A stretch of 64,000 nt of DNA, from positions 341,042 to 405,041 of the forward strand of contig JAKIWL010000002.1 in the NCBI GenBank assembly GCA_022750055.1. Direction: 5' to 3'. Below, one piece after another: positions 28,248 to 37,369 of the stretch. Positions within the stretch are counted from its first letter, which is position 1; each line of letters begins with the position of its first letter. The position numbers and the translations under genes were made by a program. This DNA comes from Thermoplasmata archaeon (lineage in GTDB: Archaea > Thermoplasmatota > Thermoplasmata > Lutacidiplasmatales > UBA184). A model generated the notes under the pieces. That model was given only the letters and a program-made list of their open reading frames with translations, searched no databases and had not been told where the DNA came from.

Positions 28248-29951
28248 ATGACCCACGCTGACCCGACCCCTCGTGACGTTCGGCCCCTTTTCGAGCGCAT
28301 CCGGCCCCAACGGCTGGAAGAGGTGCTCGGTGAAGAATCGACGATCCGGACCGTCTCCGACTGGGCTCGAACCTGGGCCGCGTCGACGACACCGCCACGC
28401 TGGAGGGCGCTCGTACTCGCCGGACCGCCGGGCGTGGGGAAGACGACCTTGGCGTGGGCCATCGCCCGGTCGTTTGGCTGGACGGTGGTGGAGATGAACG
28501 CTTCGGAAGCGCGAAATCAGTCTGCCCTCGACCTCGTGGCCGGCCGGGCGTCTCTTTCCCATACCTTGGGAGACACCGGTCGATACCGGAAACCGAGCGA
28601 AGGAGGCCGGACGCTCATCTTGCTGGACGAGGCGGACAGCCTCTCCGGACGCGCGGATTCGCCCAAGGCGTCCCGCCCCGAAGCGCGCTCATTCCGGGAG
28701 TTCTTGACGGGCCGATACCGCGACGTCGCTTCCCTGTCCGCTTCGTGGGGGTTGGGTCAGGAAGGTCGCCCGCCGGCCTTCGAGGCGTGGACGGAAGTCC
28801 CGGCCACAGCCGGCCGGGGAGCCTTTAGCCGACTCGCCGAGGCCCGGCGCGACATTGCCGACTGGCGCGACTCCGCCCACCGTGTGGATACGTCGGACCG
28901 GGGGGGCTACAGTGCCATGCTCCATCTCGTGCGGGAGACCCGTCAGCCCGTGGTGATGACCGTGAACGACGAGGCGGAGTTCTTCCGTCATGCTCCGGGC
29001 GTCCGGTCTCTTGCGCTCCGGGTCCGGATCGCACCGATCTCAGCGGCCCTGATGTCGTCGTTCCTGACGCGGACCGTCCGATCGCAGGCGCTCGAGATCG
29101 ACGAGGACGGTGTGGCGGGGATCGTCCGGCGCAGCCGCGGCGACCTTCGGGCCGCGATCAACGACCTCGAGGCCATCGCCCCGCTTCCCCCCGGGCCGCT
29201 CCAGGCCTCCGTCCTTGCGACCCGCGACGTCGGCTCGGATTTCTACGCCGTGACGGGAACGGTCTTGACGGAGCCTCGCTTCTACCGGTCGACGGAGATC
29301 CGGGATCTGCTCGACTCGAGCCCCGAAGAGTTGTGGCCCTGGATCGAGGAGAACCTGCCTCGATTCGCACCGAGTTCGAGCGCGCTGGACGCGGGCCTAG
29401 AGCGACTCGTCGCCGCCGAGCTTCTGGTCGCCCGGGCCCGGCGCAACCGCGTCTTCGCCCTGTGGAGCTTCGCCTCCGAAGTCATGACGGGTGGGGCGAG
29501 CCTCGCGATCTCCAAGGCCGAGCCGGCGCGCTCCAACACGGTCGCCTTCCCGGACTTTCTCAGCGGCATGGGCCGAAGTCGGGCGGCCCGCCTCGTCCGT
29601 ACGGGGCTCCTCACCAAGACCGGCCACGCCCTTCACATATCCCGACGCAAGGGCGTGGAGGAATTCGAACCGTTCCTCACCGAGCTCTTCTCCCGGTCCC
29701 ACGCCGGGGGCTCTGCCTCGACCCGAGCGCGCCGACGGGCCCTCGCGTCCTCGCTGAACCTGACCGCGGAGGAGGTGGAGTTTCTAGGAGGGCGACCGGA
29801 GGATGGGGCGTCCCCGACCCCCGAAGATCCGCCGACCGTCGAGGAGGTCGCCCCCGCTCCCAAGGCCGAGCCCGAGGCTGCGGACCGGGCGGCGCCCAAG
29901 TCTCCCCCCAGCAAGCGGCAAAAGGTCCAGCGGAGGCTGGGGGAGTTCTAG
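28248..29951 (+). CDS. rfcL: Replication factor C large subunit (with internal insertion)
   Basis: ERIRPQRLEEV, GPPGVGKTT, EMNASEAR, LLDEAD, DRGG, GDLRAAINDL, WIEEN, C-terminal PIP box QRRLGEF. Confidence 0.92.
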   Translation: MTHADPTPRDVRPLFERIRPQRLEEVLGEESTIRTVSDWARTWAASTTPPRWRALVLAGPPGVGKTTLAWAIARSFGWTVVEMNASEARNQSALDLVAGRASLSHTLGDTGRYRKPSEGGRTLILLDEADSLSGRADSPKASRPEARSFREFLTGRYRDVASLSASWGLGQEGRPPAFEAWTEVPATAGRGAFSRLAEARRDIADWRDSAHRVDTSDRGGYSAMLHLVRETRQPVVMTVNDEAEFFRHAPGVRSLALRVRIAPISAALMSSFLTRTVRSQALEIDEDGVAGIVRRSRGDLRAAINDLEAIAPLPPGPLQASVLATRDVGSDFYAVTGTVLTEPRFYRSTEIRDLLDSSPEELWPWIEENLPRFAPSSSALDAGLERLVAAELLVARARRNRVFALWSFASEVMTGGASLAISKAEPARSNTVAFPDFLSGMGRSRAARLVRTGLLTKTGHALHISRRKGVEEFEPFLTELFSRSHAGGSASTRARRRALASSLNLTAEEVEFLGGRPEDGASPTPEDPPTVEEVAPAPKAEPEAADRAAPKSPPSKRQKVQRRLGEF

Positions 29952-30004
29952 ATCCCACGGCAGGTTCAGGGCGTTCCGACTCTCCCGAGACCCGAGGCCC
30001 GATC

Positions 30005-30700
30005 GTGGTATCCTGGAGCAGCGGCAAGGATGCCGCGTTCGCGCTCCACGAACTTCGACGAAGCCGCGATCGACCGGTCGTCGGGTTGCTGACGACCGTC
30101 ACGAGGAAGTATGATCGCGTCTCGATGCACGGGGTCCGTCGTTCCGTGCTCGACCTTCAGGCTCGCGCGGTCGGGCTTCCGGTCCGTACGGTGGAGATCC
30201 CCTCACCCTGCCCGAACTCCGAGTACGAACGGGCCATGCAGACGGAGGTCCGCGAGATGGTCCGCGACCGTGTGACGGGGATCGCCTTCGGGGACCTCTA
30301 TCTCGCCGACATTCGGGCCTACCGGGAGATGAAGCTCTCGGGAAGCGGACTCGAAGCGCTCTTTCCCTTGTGGGCGCGACCGACCGACGCCCTCGCCCGG
30401 GAGATCCTCCGGGCCGGCTTCGACGCCCGGATCGTATGCGTGGACCCCCGTCGATTGGGGGCCGAGTTCGCGGGCCGTCACTTCGACGAGGAGTTCCTTC
30501 GGGACCTCCCCGAGGGGGTCGATCCCTGCGGAGAGAACGGCGAGTTCCACACCTGCGTCGTCGACGGTCCGATCTTCGACCGACCCATCCCGGTCCGTGC
30601 CGGGCCCGTGGTGGAACGGGACGGGTTCGTGTTCGCCGACCTGATCCCAACGGGGGAGGGCGGCGCCGAAGGACGCGTTCCTACGAAAGCTGCGCCTTGA
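30005..30700 (+). CDS. PP-loop ATP pyrophosphatase, diphthine-ammonia ligase (Dph6)-related family
   Basis: SWSSGKD, RVSMHGV, AFGDLYL, FPLW, DPCGENGEFHT; start uncertain. Confidence 0.85.
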   Translation: MVSWSSGKDAAFALHELRRSRDRPVVGLLTTVTRKYDRVSMHGVRRSVLDLQARAVGLPVRTVEIPSPCPNSEYERAMQTEVREMVRDRVTGIAFGDLYLADIRAYREMKLSGSGLEALFPLWARPTDALAREILRAGFDARIVCVDPRRLGAEFAGRHFDEEFLRDLPEGVDPCGENGEFHTCVVDGPIFDRPIPVRAGPVVERDGFVFADLIPTGEGGAEGRVPTKAAP

Positions 30701-31118
30701 GCCGGATCTCCACGTTGCCCTTCAAGGCGCCGGAGATCGGGCACCCGACCTTCGCGGCCTCGGCGGCCTCCGTGAACTCGGCGGGGGTGAGCCCGGGAAC
30801 CTGGCCCGTGACGTCGAGCTCCATCGTAGTCACCTTCCACCCATCCCCGACCTTGTCGAACGTGCAGGTAGCCGTGACGGTCAATCGCTGGGGGGGCTTT
30901 TGCTTGCGGCCCAACCCGGCGGACAACGCCATCGAATAGCAGGCGGCGTGCGCCGCCGCGAGGAGCTCCTCGGGGCTCGTCTTCCCGCCGGACGATTCGG
31001 TCCTCGCTGCCCAGCTTACCGGTAGGTCCCCGAAGGCCCCGCTCGCGCTCTTGACCTGGCCGTGGCCCTTCAATAGGTCGTTCTCCCAGACGGCGGTAGC
31101 GGATCGCTTGGCAGCCAT
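30681..31118 (-). CDS. osmC: OsmC family peroxiredoxin
   Basis: AVWE.DL..G.G, SPEELLAAAHAACYSMAL, AKVGCPISGAL. Confidence 0.93.
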   Translation of the reverse strand: MAAKRSATAVWENDLLKGHGQVKSASGAFGDLPVSWAARTESSGGKTSPEELLAAAHAACYSMALSAGLGRKQKPPQRLTVTATCTFDKVGDGWKVTTMELDVTGQVPGLTPAEFTEAAEAAKVGCPISGALKGNVEIRLKAQLS

Positions 31119-31153
31119 GATCGGAGGAGTCCGGCGGCCGACTTAACGGTACC

Positions 31154-31579
31154 GTGGGCGAGGCCCAGAGCCAGCGTTTTCTGTTTGTCGACCATGACCC
31201 GGTGATGTCGATCGCCCCTGGCGACGTCCCTAGCTTCCTCGTCCTGGAGCCCCGCGGCGGGATCCGTCTCGACATTCGCCTTCCCACCCCGGCGTGTCAG
31301 ATCGATGCCGCGCTCCAGAACCCGATCCCGGGGCGCAGTTTCATCCTCATGGTCGGGGAACCGTCGGAACCGTTCGTCCAACGGGCGCGCATCGCCGGGA
31401 AGGCGCGGCTTCATTTCGAACCGGGATCCCCCGGACTCTACGTCATCCTGTTGACCAATCCGATGCGCGAACCGGCCGTCGTTCGACTAAAGCTCCGGCC
31501 TCTCGTCGTGGAGATACGGGCTCGGAAGAACGGGCGACGCACCCGTTCGAAAACCCGGTCCCGCCCCTCGGTCTCCTAG
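31154..31579 (+). CDS. Hypothetical protein (beta-rich, basic tail)
   Basis: Fills the gap between osmC and tnaA; TTAA box upstream; non-shadow amino-acid composition. Confidence 0.55.
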   Translation: MGEAQSQRFLFVDHDPVMSIAPGDVPSFLVLEPRGGIRLDIRLPTPACQIDAALQNPIPGRSFILMVGEPSEPFVQRARIAGKARLHFEPGSPGLYVILLTNPMREPAVVRLKLRPLVVEIRARKNGRRTRSKTRSRPSVS

Positions 31580-31624
31580 GAGACCCCGCCATGCCCTAAT
31601 AGGCGGAGCCACTCGACGGAGCCC

Positions 31625-33016
31625 GTGCCCGTTCCCGGACGGACGATCCGACCTCCGCTCGAGCCGTTCAAGGCCAAGGTCATCGAAGCGATCCGAGTTC
31701 CGACGGCCGAGGAACGGGAAGCGGCTCTCCAACGCGCCGGGTTCAATCTGTTCAACCTGACCTCGGACGACGTGTTCATCGACCTGCTCACCGACTCCGG
31801 CACCTCTGCCATGAGCGACCGACAGTGGGCCGCGATGATGCTCGGGGACGAGACGTACGCCGGAAGCCGCAACTTCGCCCACTTCGAGTCCGTGGTCCAG
31901 GAGCTGACCGGGTTTCCCTACGTGATCCCGGCGCACCAGGGCCGCGCGGCGGAGAACCTATTGTTCACGCAGTTCGCCCGGCCCGGCACGACGATCCCGA
32001 ACAACATGCACTTCGACACGACCCGAACCCACGTGATGCGCAACGGCGCCCGGGCCGTCAATCTCGCCATCCCCGAGGCCTACCAGGTCGACCTCGACTT
32101 TCCCTTCAAGGGCAACATGGACACGGGCCGACTCTCGGAACTCCTCCGGTCCGCGAGCGCGGGAGAGGTCCCGCTCGTGATGATGACCCTGACGAACAAC
32201 ACGGGGGGAGGACAACCCGTCTCGCTCGAGAACCTGACGGAGGTCTCCCGAATCTGTCACACGGCCGGAGTCCCGCTCTACCTCGACATGTGCCGATGGG
32301 CCGAGAACGCCTACTTCGTCCGGCTTCGCGAACCGGCCCAGCAGGGCCGGTCCATCCGAGAGATCGGGCGGGCGATCTTCGACCTTGCGGATGGGGCGAC
32401 GATGAGCGCCAAGAAGGACGGGCTCGTGAACATCGGAGGGTTCGTCGCGACGCGCGACCCGGCGCTCGCGGACCGGATGAAGGAGGAGCTGATCGTGTTC
32501 GAGGGCTTCCCGACGTACGGCGGGCTTGCGAGGCGCGACCTCGAAGCCGCGTCGGTCGGCCTGCTGGAGGCGACCGACCTTGCCTACCTGGAACATCGTA
32601 TCGGTCAGGTGCGATTCCTGGCCGACCAGCTTGACGCGGAAGGGGTTCCGTTCCTACATCCGCCGGGCGGTCATGGGATCTACCTCGACGTGCGGCGGTT
32701 CCTACCCCATCTTCCGGTGCAACAGCTCCCGGGACAGGCGCTCGTCGTCGAGCTGTACCGCGAGGGGGCAGTACGGACGGTGGAGGTCGGTGGCATCATG
32801 TTCGGGGATGGGGAATCCCCGGAGTCGGCACCCGCCCTCGAGCTGGTCCGCCTCGCGATTCCGAGACGGGCGTACTCTTCGGCCCACCTCGAATACGTGG
32901 CCGGCGTCGTGGCCGCGGTGTTCCGCCGCCGCGCCGCGATCCGGGGGATGAAGATGACCTACGAACCCGAGCGGCTCCGCCACTTTACCGCCCGGTTCGC
33001 GCCTCTCTCCGGCTAG
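31625..33016 (+). CDS. tnaA: Tryptophanase (beta-eliminating lyase)
   Basis: IDLLTDSG, GDETYAGS, HQGRAAE, PLP lysine in MSAKKD, GFPTYGGL; RHFTARF (His, tryptophanase-type rather than tyrosine phenol-lyase RFFT). Confidence 0.9.
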   Translation: MPVPGRTIRPPLEPFKAKVIEAIRVPTAEEREAALQRAGFNLFNLTSDDVFIDLLTDSGTSAMSDRQWAAMMLGDETYAGSRNFAHFESVVQELTGFPYVIPAHQGRAAENLLFTQFARPGTTIPNNMHFDTTRTHVMRNGARAVNLAIPEAYQVDLDFPFKGNMDTGRLSELLRSASAGEVPLVMMTLTNNTGGGQPVSLENLTEVSRICHTAGVPLYLDMCRWAENAYFVRLREPAQQGRSIREIGRAIFDLADGATMSAKKDGLVNIGGFVATRDPALADRMKEELIVFEGFPTYGGLARRDLEAASVGLLEATDLAYLEHRIGQVRFLADQLDAEGVPFLHPPGGHGIYLDVRRFLPHLPVQQLPGQALVVELYREGAVRTVEVGGIMFGDGESPESAPALELVRLAIPRRAYSSAHLEYVAGVVAAVFRRRAAIRGMKMTYEPERLRHFTARFAPLSG

Positions 33017-33150
33017 CCGAGGCGAGGACGGAGGCTCCAGGCCCGGCCGATGAGGGGCGTCGCGGTGGGACCCCGAGCGTTGACTTCGCACGACACAGCG
33101 GCCCGGTGCGATGAACCTATAGTGTCGTTCGCCCGGGTTTGCGCTGGAGC

Positions 33151-33795
33151 ATGAACGACCTCGCCTTCCTCGCGGCCGTGGTGGTGAGCGTCTTTGCGCT
33201 CGTCGATCCCATCGGGACACTCCCATTCTTCGTCGCCCTGACCGATGGCATGGACGCGGGTGATCGGATGGTCGTGTTGACGAGAGCCACGATCGTCGTG
33301 GGAACGATCCTGGCGATCTTCGCCCTCTTCGGGCGTTTCCTGTTCGCCGCCTTCGGATTCACCCTCCAGGCGTTCGAGATCGCCGGGGGCATCCTCCTCT
33401 TCCTGGTCGCCTACGACATGCTCCGCGGCGAGGTGGCCACCACACGGCTCACGGCCTCGGACCGCGAAGAGGCCCTCGCCCGCCGCGACGAGATCTCGGT
33501 GGTACCGCTTGGCATTCCGCTCCTGGCGGGTCCGGGCGCGATCTCGACCGTCATGATCTACGAGGGATACGCGGGCAGCGACCCGATCGACATCGCCGCC
33601 ACGTTCATCGCGATCGCGGCGACGACGGCGGCCACTTACCTCGTTTTGCGATACGGACCGAACATCCTGCGGTACCTGGGGCGGGTAGGGGTCATGGCGC
33701 TGACGCGGGTCATGGGCCTGTTACTCGCCGCGATTGCGGTCCAGTTCATCCTGAATGGAATACTCGCCTTCCTCGGCCACGCCGGGATACCGTAG
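33151..33795 (+). CDS. MarC family membrane protein
   Basis: DPIG..PFF, IAGGILLF, VVPLGIPLLAGPGAIS, RVMGLLLAAIAVQ. Confidence 0.93.
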   Translation: MNDLAFLAAVVVSVFALVDPIGTLPFFVALTDGMDAGDRMVVLTRATIVVGTILAIFALFGRFLFAAFGFTLQAFEIAGGILLFLVAYDMLRGEVATTRLTASDREEALARRDEISVVPLGIPLLAGPGAISTVMIYEGYAGSDPIDIAATFIAIAATTAATYLVLRYGPNILRYLGRVGVMALTRVMGLLLAAIAVQFILNGILAFLGHAGIP

Positions 33796-33831
33796 GTCGA
33801 CCCGGTCCGGCGCGCGGGCGCCTCCCAGGGC

Positions 33832-34521
33832 CTAGCGCTTCGTCGGCCGACGACCCTTGCTCGAGGGCTTTCGCCGGGGCGCGGCAGCGCGCGACGGTCG
33901 GGGCTTGGCCTTCGACGAGGGGGATGCCTTCGGGCCGGGACGTGGGGGCAGGAGGGCCATCACGGCGCTCGACGGGGATCTAGGATTGCGGTCCACGGAC
34001 CAAACCCGCTCGCCGGCCTCGACCGCCACAGGAAGGTCGTTCTCGGCCGGTGGGAAGCTGCATTCGTACGCGTCGGTGTAGGCGCAATACGGATTGAAGG
34101 CGCGATTGAAGTCGACCTCATAGACGTCGTCCTCGTTGAGCTCGAGGGTGAGGTAGCGCCCGGGACCGTACGTCTCGCGGCCCGAGGTGGAATCCCGGAA
34201 CGGGACGAAGACGTTCCGACCCACGCCCTCTCCTGCGTGGAACACTCGCAGATGCAATTTCCGGCCGCTGATCGCAAAGTGAAGCTCGCCCAGGTACCGC
34301 ACGACGGCCTGACCGTCCCGATTGGTCCTTAGGAAGGCTTCCGAGGGAACGGAGGCACGCTTGAGCTGAGCTCGGACGAGGTATCGGGTCGAGATCGGAA
34401 AGTAGTGAAGGCCCTCAAACCCCGCGACTCCATCCGCGACGAAAGGGGACTCGGTGTGGTGGGCCATGAAGCGGTCCTTCATCTCCCGCTCGGTCTTCAG
34501 ATCCTGGGTGTACTGGTCCAT
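33832..34521 (-). CDS. DUF1684 domain protein
   Basis: FVPFRDSTSGRETYGPGRYL, DFNRAFNPYCAY...CSFPPAEN.L...VEAGE. Confidence 0.9.
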   Translation of the reverse strand: MDQYTQDLKTEREMKDRFMAHHTESPFVADGVAGFEGLHYFPISTRYLVRAQLKRASVPSEAFLRTNRDGQAVVRYLGELHFAISGRKLHLRVFHAGEGVGRNVFVPFRDSTSGRETYGPGRYLTLELNEDDVYEVDFNRAFNPYCAYTDAYECSFPPAENDLPVAVEAGERVWSVDRNPRSPSSAVMALLPPRPGPKASPSSKAKPRPSRAAAPRRKPSSKGRRPTKR

Positions 34522-34625
34522 CGTGGCCTCGGCGTGAGCGGAGACCGTGCGACGGATAATGACGACGGCCCGACGCCGTCACGGCCTCGCGGGCCCCGGG
34601 CCCGAGCGTAGGGAGGCCGGAGGGC

Positions 34626-35018
34626 CTATAGGTAACCGAACTGACGTTTGGCGAAGTCGCTCATCCGCTCGGGAGTCCAGGGGGGTTCCCAGACCATGTC
34701 CACGGTCGCCGCATGGATGTGCTCGACCTTCTCGATGGCCCCCTTGACCTCCTCGGCGAGGATACCGGCGACCGGGCAACCGGGGGCGGTCAGGGTCATG
34801 TGCAACGTAACGTCGTCGCCGGACCAGTCGAAGCCGTAGATCAGGCCCAGGTCCACGATGTTCATCGGGATCTCGGGGTCGTAGATCTTCTTCAGGTTCT
34901 CCAGGACCGCCTGCTCGCGGTCCGCGTACACCCCACCCGTCAACCCCGCGGTGGCGGGCTTCGGAACCGTCGCATCGGCCGCCGCGACCTTGACCTCGCC
35001 GGAATCGGCACCGTTCAT
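34626..35018 (-). CDS. DUF59/SufT (PaaD/MIP18-like) Fe-S assembly protein
   Basis: DPEIPMNIVDLGLIY, MTLTAPGCP, WEPPWTPERMS. Confidence 0.92.
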   Translation of the reverse strand: MNGADSGEVKVAAADATVPKPATAGLTGGVYADREQAVLENLKKIYDPEIPMNIVDLGLIYGFDWSGDDVTLHMTLTAPGCPVAGILAEEVKGAIEKVEHIHAATVDMVWEPPWTPERMSDFAKRQFGYL

Positions 35019-35131
35019 CCTTTGGACAACCGCCTCGGTCGCGTATAAGCGCCACGGGGAGCAATCCCGGCGGCGAGTGGGGCCCCGGCACGCTCGCAGT
35101 CGATTTATGTCGGGGCCGGTGGAAGAGCCTC

Positions 35132-36040
35132 GTGAAGGACGTTCATGCGATGGTCCCCCGTCACCCACGACTTGGTCTGCATCGGGTCGGGATCGAGGGG
35201 GTCCGCAAGCCCCTCCTCGTTGAGCGATCAGGGCGGGTCATTACGCTGACGACCGCCTTCTCCCTCGCGGTCGATCTGCCTTCGGATCGCAAGGGCTCCG
35301 ACCTCTCCCGGAACGCCGAGCTTCTGGCCGACCAGATCGATTGGCCTGAGGCCCGGCCCGTTCCGAGTCTGGAGAGCGTCTGCGCCTCGATCGCTCGGGA
35401 GCTCCTGGTCCGCCACCCCTACGCCACGCGGTCCGAGGTCCGGGGGACGGCCGAGTACTTCCTCTCGAGGGGGATCGCCCCTGGCCGTGAGAGCCTCGAG
35501 AACTTCACGTTACTCGCCGAAGGGCGGGCGCACCGGGAAGGGTCCAACATCACGGTCCGCCGGTTGATCGGGGCCGAGGCGGTCGGCATGACGGCCTGCC
35601 CATGCGCCATGGAGACGGCCCGCGATCGGCTGGTCCAGGAGTTTCCCGCGCTCGGCGCGGCGGAGCTGAAGGAACTGCCGATCGTGACTCACAACCAGCG
35701 CAACCGGACCTCCCTCACCTTCGAGGTGACCGACGACGTCGAGGTAGAGGCCGACCGGATCATTGACGCGATCGAGGCCGCGCAGTCCTCGCCGACCTAC
35801 GCCATCCTCAAGCGGGGGGATGAAGCGCGCCTCGTTCTGGACGCCCACCGTCACCCCAAGTTCGTTGAGGACGTACTCCGGGACCTCCTCGCTTCCGTGC
35901 CCCAGCGATTCCCGATGCTTTCGGGCGATTCGGTCGTGCGGGTGCGCACGGTAAGCGAGGAGTCCATCCACAAGTACGACGTCGTGGCTGACCACGAAAC
36001 CACGGTGGGCGAACTCCGTTCCTCCAACGCGTCGACGTAG
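35132..36040 (+). CDS. mptA: GTP cyclohydrolase MptA/FolE2 family
   Basis: RVGIEGV, VDLPSDRKG..LSR, GMTACPCA, THNQR, KRGDE, PKFVED, EESIH. Confidence 0.88.
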   Translation: MKDVHAMVPRHPRLGLHRVGIEGVRKPLLVERSGRVITLTTAFSLAVDLPSDRKGSDLSRNAELLADQIDWPEARPVPSLESVCASIARELLVRHPYATRSEVRGTAEYFLSRGIAPGRESLENFTLLAEGRAHREGSNITVRRLIGAEAVGMTACPCAMETARDRLVQEFPALGAAELKELPIVTHNQRNRTSLTFEVTDDVEVEADRIIDAIEAAQSSPTYAILKRGDEARLVLDAHRHPKFVEDVLRDLLASVPQRFPMLSGDSVVRVRTVSEESIHKYDVVADHETTVGELRSSNAST

Positions 36041-36061
36041 TCCGGCCCTGCGAGGTCAACG

Positions 36062-37369
36062 ATGCGCTACGCCTTGGACGGTCTTCGACGCCGGCCTCGT
36101 CGGACCGCGCTCGCGGCGATCGGGATCGGGCTTGCGACAGCACTCGTCATCGCGCTCCTCGCCCTCTCGGCTGGGATCGAGGGTAGCGCCTCGAGACTCG
36201 CGGTCGCGAGCGGCGTGGACCTGCTCGCTACCAGCGCCAACACGAGTCTAACCTCCGGAACGTTCCCCCCAGTCCCTCAGGCGCACCGTGCCCCGGCTGA
36301 ATTCACTCGAGCCGACTCGAACGTAGCGAGCGCCAGTCCGTGGCTGGTCAACGACCTCGTATTCGGGAACGCCTCCCTGTTCGCTGCCTCGAACGCGTCC
36401 GCGGGGGGAGCGAGCATCCCGCCCTCGTGGGGGCCGACGGGGGCCGGGGCGGTGGGTTGGATCCCGTCGGACAACGCGGGTCTGGATACTCCGGCCTTGC
36501 TCGTGGGCACGGGGTTCTCGCGATCCGGCGACCCCCACTACGACAACGGCAGCTACCGCGGGCCGACGGGCGATGAGACCGTGCTCGACCAGAGCCTCGC
36601 TGCCGTGCTCCACGTCGGGCCGGGGTCGACCGTCTGGGTCAGCCCCCGGTCGGTCCCGGCCGCCGCCGGAGTTCACGGCTGGTACGAGAACGCCACCGCG
36701 TTCCGGATCGTCGGCCTGTCCGGCCCGTTCTGGCTGATCCCGTCCGCCCTGCTCGGATTCTTCTACCTATCCGAGCTCCAGACCGTCGACGGTGGCGCCG
36801 CCGTCCAGGGCGACTACGCTTCCCTCGTCCTCGTTCACCTCACCGACCCGACTGATCCCTCGCACGACCAGGGGGTGCTCCGAACGGCGTTCCCTGCCCT
36901 GAACGTGCTCACGCTCGGAAACATCCTGGGGGCCGTTGATAGCCTCGTTAATGTCTATCGAACGTTCGGGACTCTCGTCGGAGCGATCGGGGTCGTCATC
37001 GCGGCGCTCTTCACGAGCACCGTACTCCTCATGTCGGTCGACGATCGATCCCAGGAGATCGCCCTTCTGAGGGCGATCGGATTCCGTCGGGCCACCATCG
37101 TGGGGTACGTGTTCGAGGAGTCGCTCTGGCTTTCGCTCCTCGGGCTGGTGGTCGGAGCCCCGCTGGGGCTTGCGATCGGCTACGGCCTCGACGCACTCCT
37201 GGTCCACCTCGTCGCGGGCCTACCGAACGGGTTCAGCTTCATCCAATTCGACGCCACTGTGGCCGCGAGCGCCTTCCTCGAGGTCGGTGCGATCGGGGTC
37301 GGGGCGGCGGTCGTCCCAGCGGCCCGGGCCTTGACCCTCCCCATCGCGCCAGAACTGAGGGCGCCGTGA
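36062..37369 (+). CDS. MacB/LolE-type ABC transporter permease
   Basis: N-terminal RTALAAIGIG TM, large extracytoplasmic domain, DRSQEIALLRAIGF, three C-terminal TMs. Confidence 0.9.
   Translation: MRYALDGLRRRPRRTALAAIGIGLATALVIALLALSAGIEGSASRLAVASGVDLLATSANTSLTSGTFPPVPQAHRAPAEFTRADSNVASASPWLVNDLVFGNASLFAASNASAGGASIPPSWGPTGAGAVGWIPSDNAGLDTPALLVGTGFSRSGDPHYDNGSYRGPTGDETVLDQSLAAVLHVGPGSTVWVSPRSVPAAAGVHGWYENATAFRIVGLSGPFWLIPSALLGFFYLSELQTVDGGAAVQGDYASLVLVHLTDPTDPSHDQGVLRTAFPALNVLTLGNILGAVDSLVNVYRTFGTLVGAIGVVIAALFTSTVLLMSVDDRSQEIALLRAIGFRRATIVGYVFEESLWLSLLGLVVGAPLGLAIGYGLDALLVHLVAGLPNGFSFIQFDATVAASAFLEVGAIGVGAAVVPAARALTLPIAPELRAP

Noticed and set aside
28653-28895. RFC-L insertion as an intein
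   Set aside because: No N-terminal Cys/Ser block A, no C-terminal His-Asn, and too short
31591-31599. ATG-CCC-TAA mini-ORF as a tnaC-like leader
   Set aside because: Two codons, no Trp; it overlaps the likely TATA-like element of tnaA
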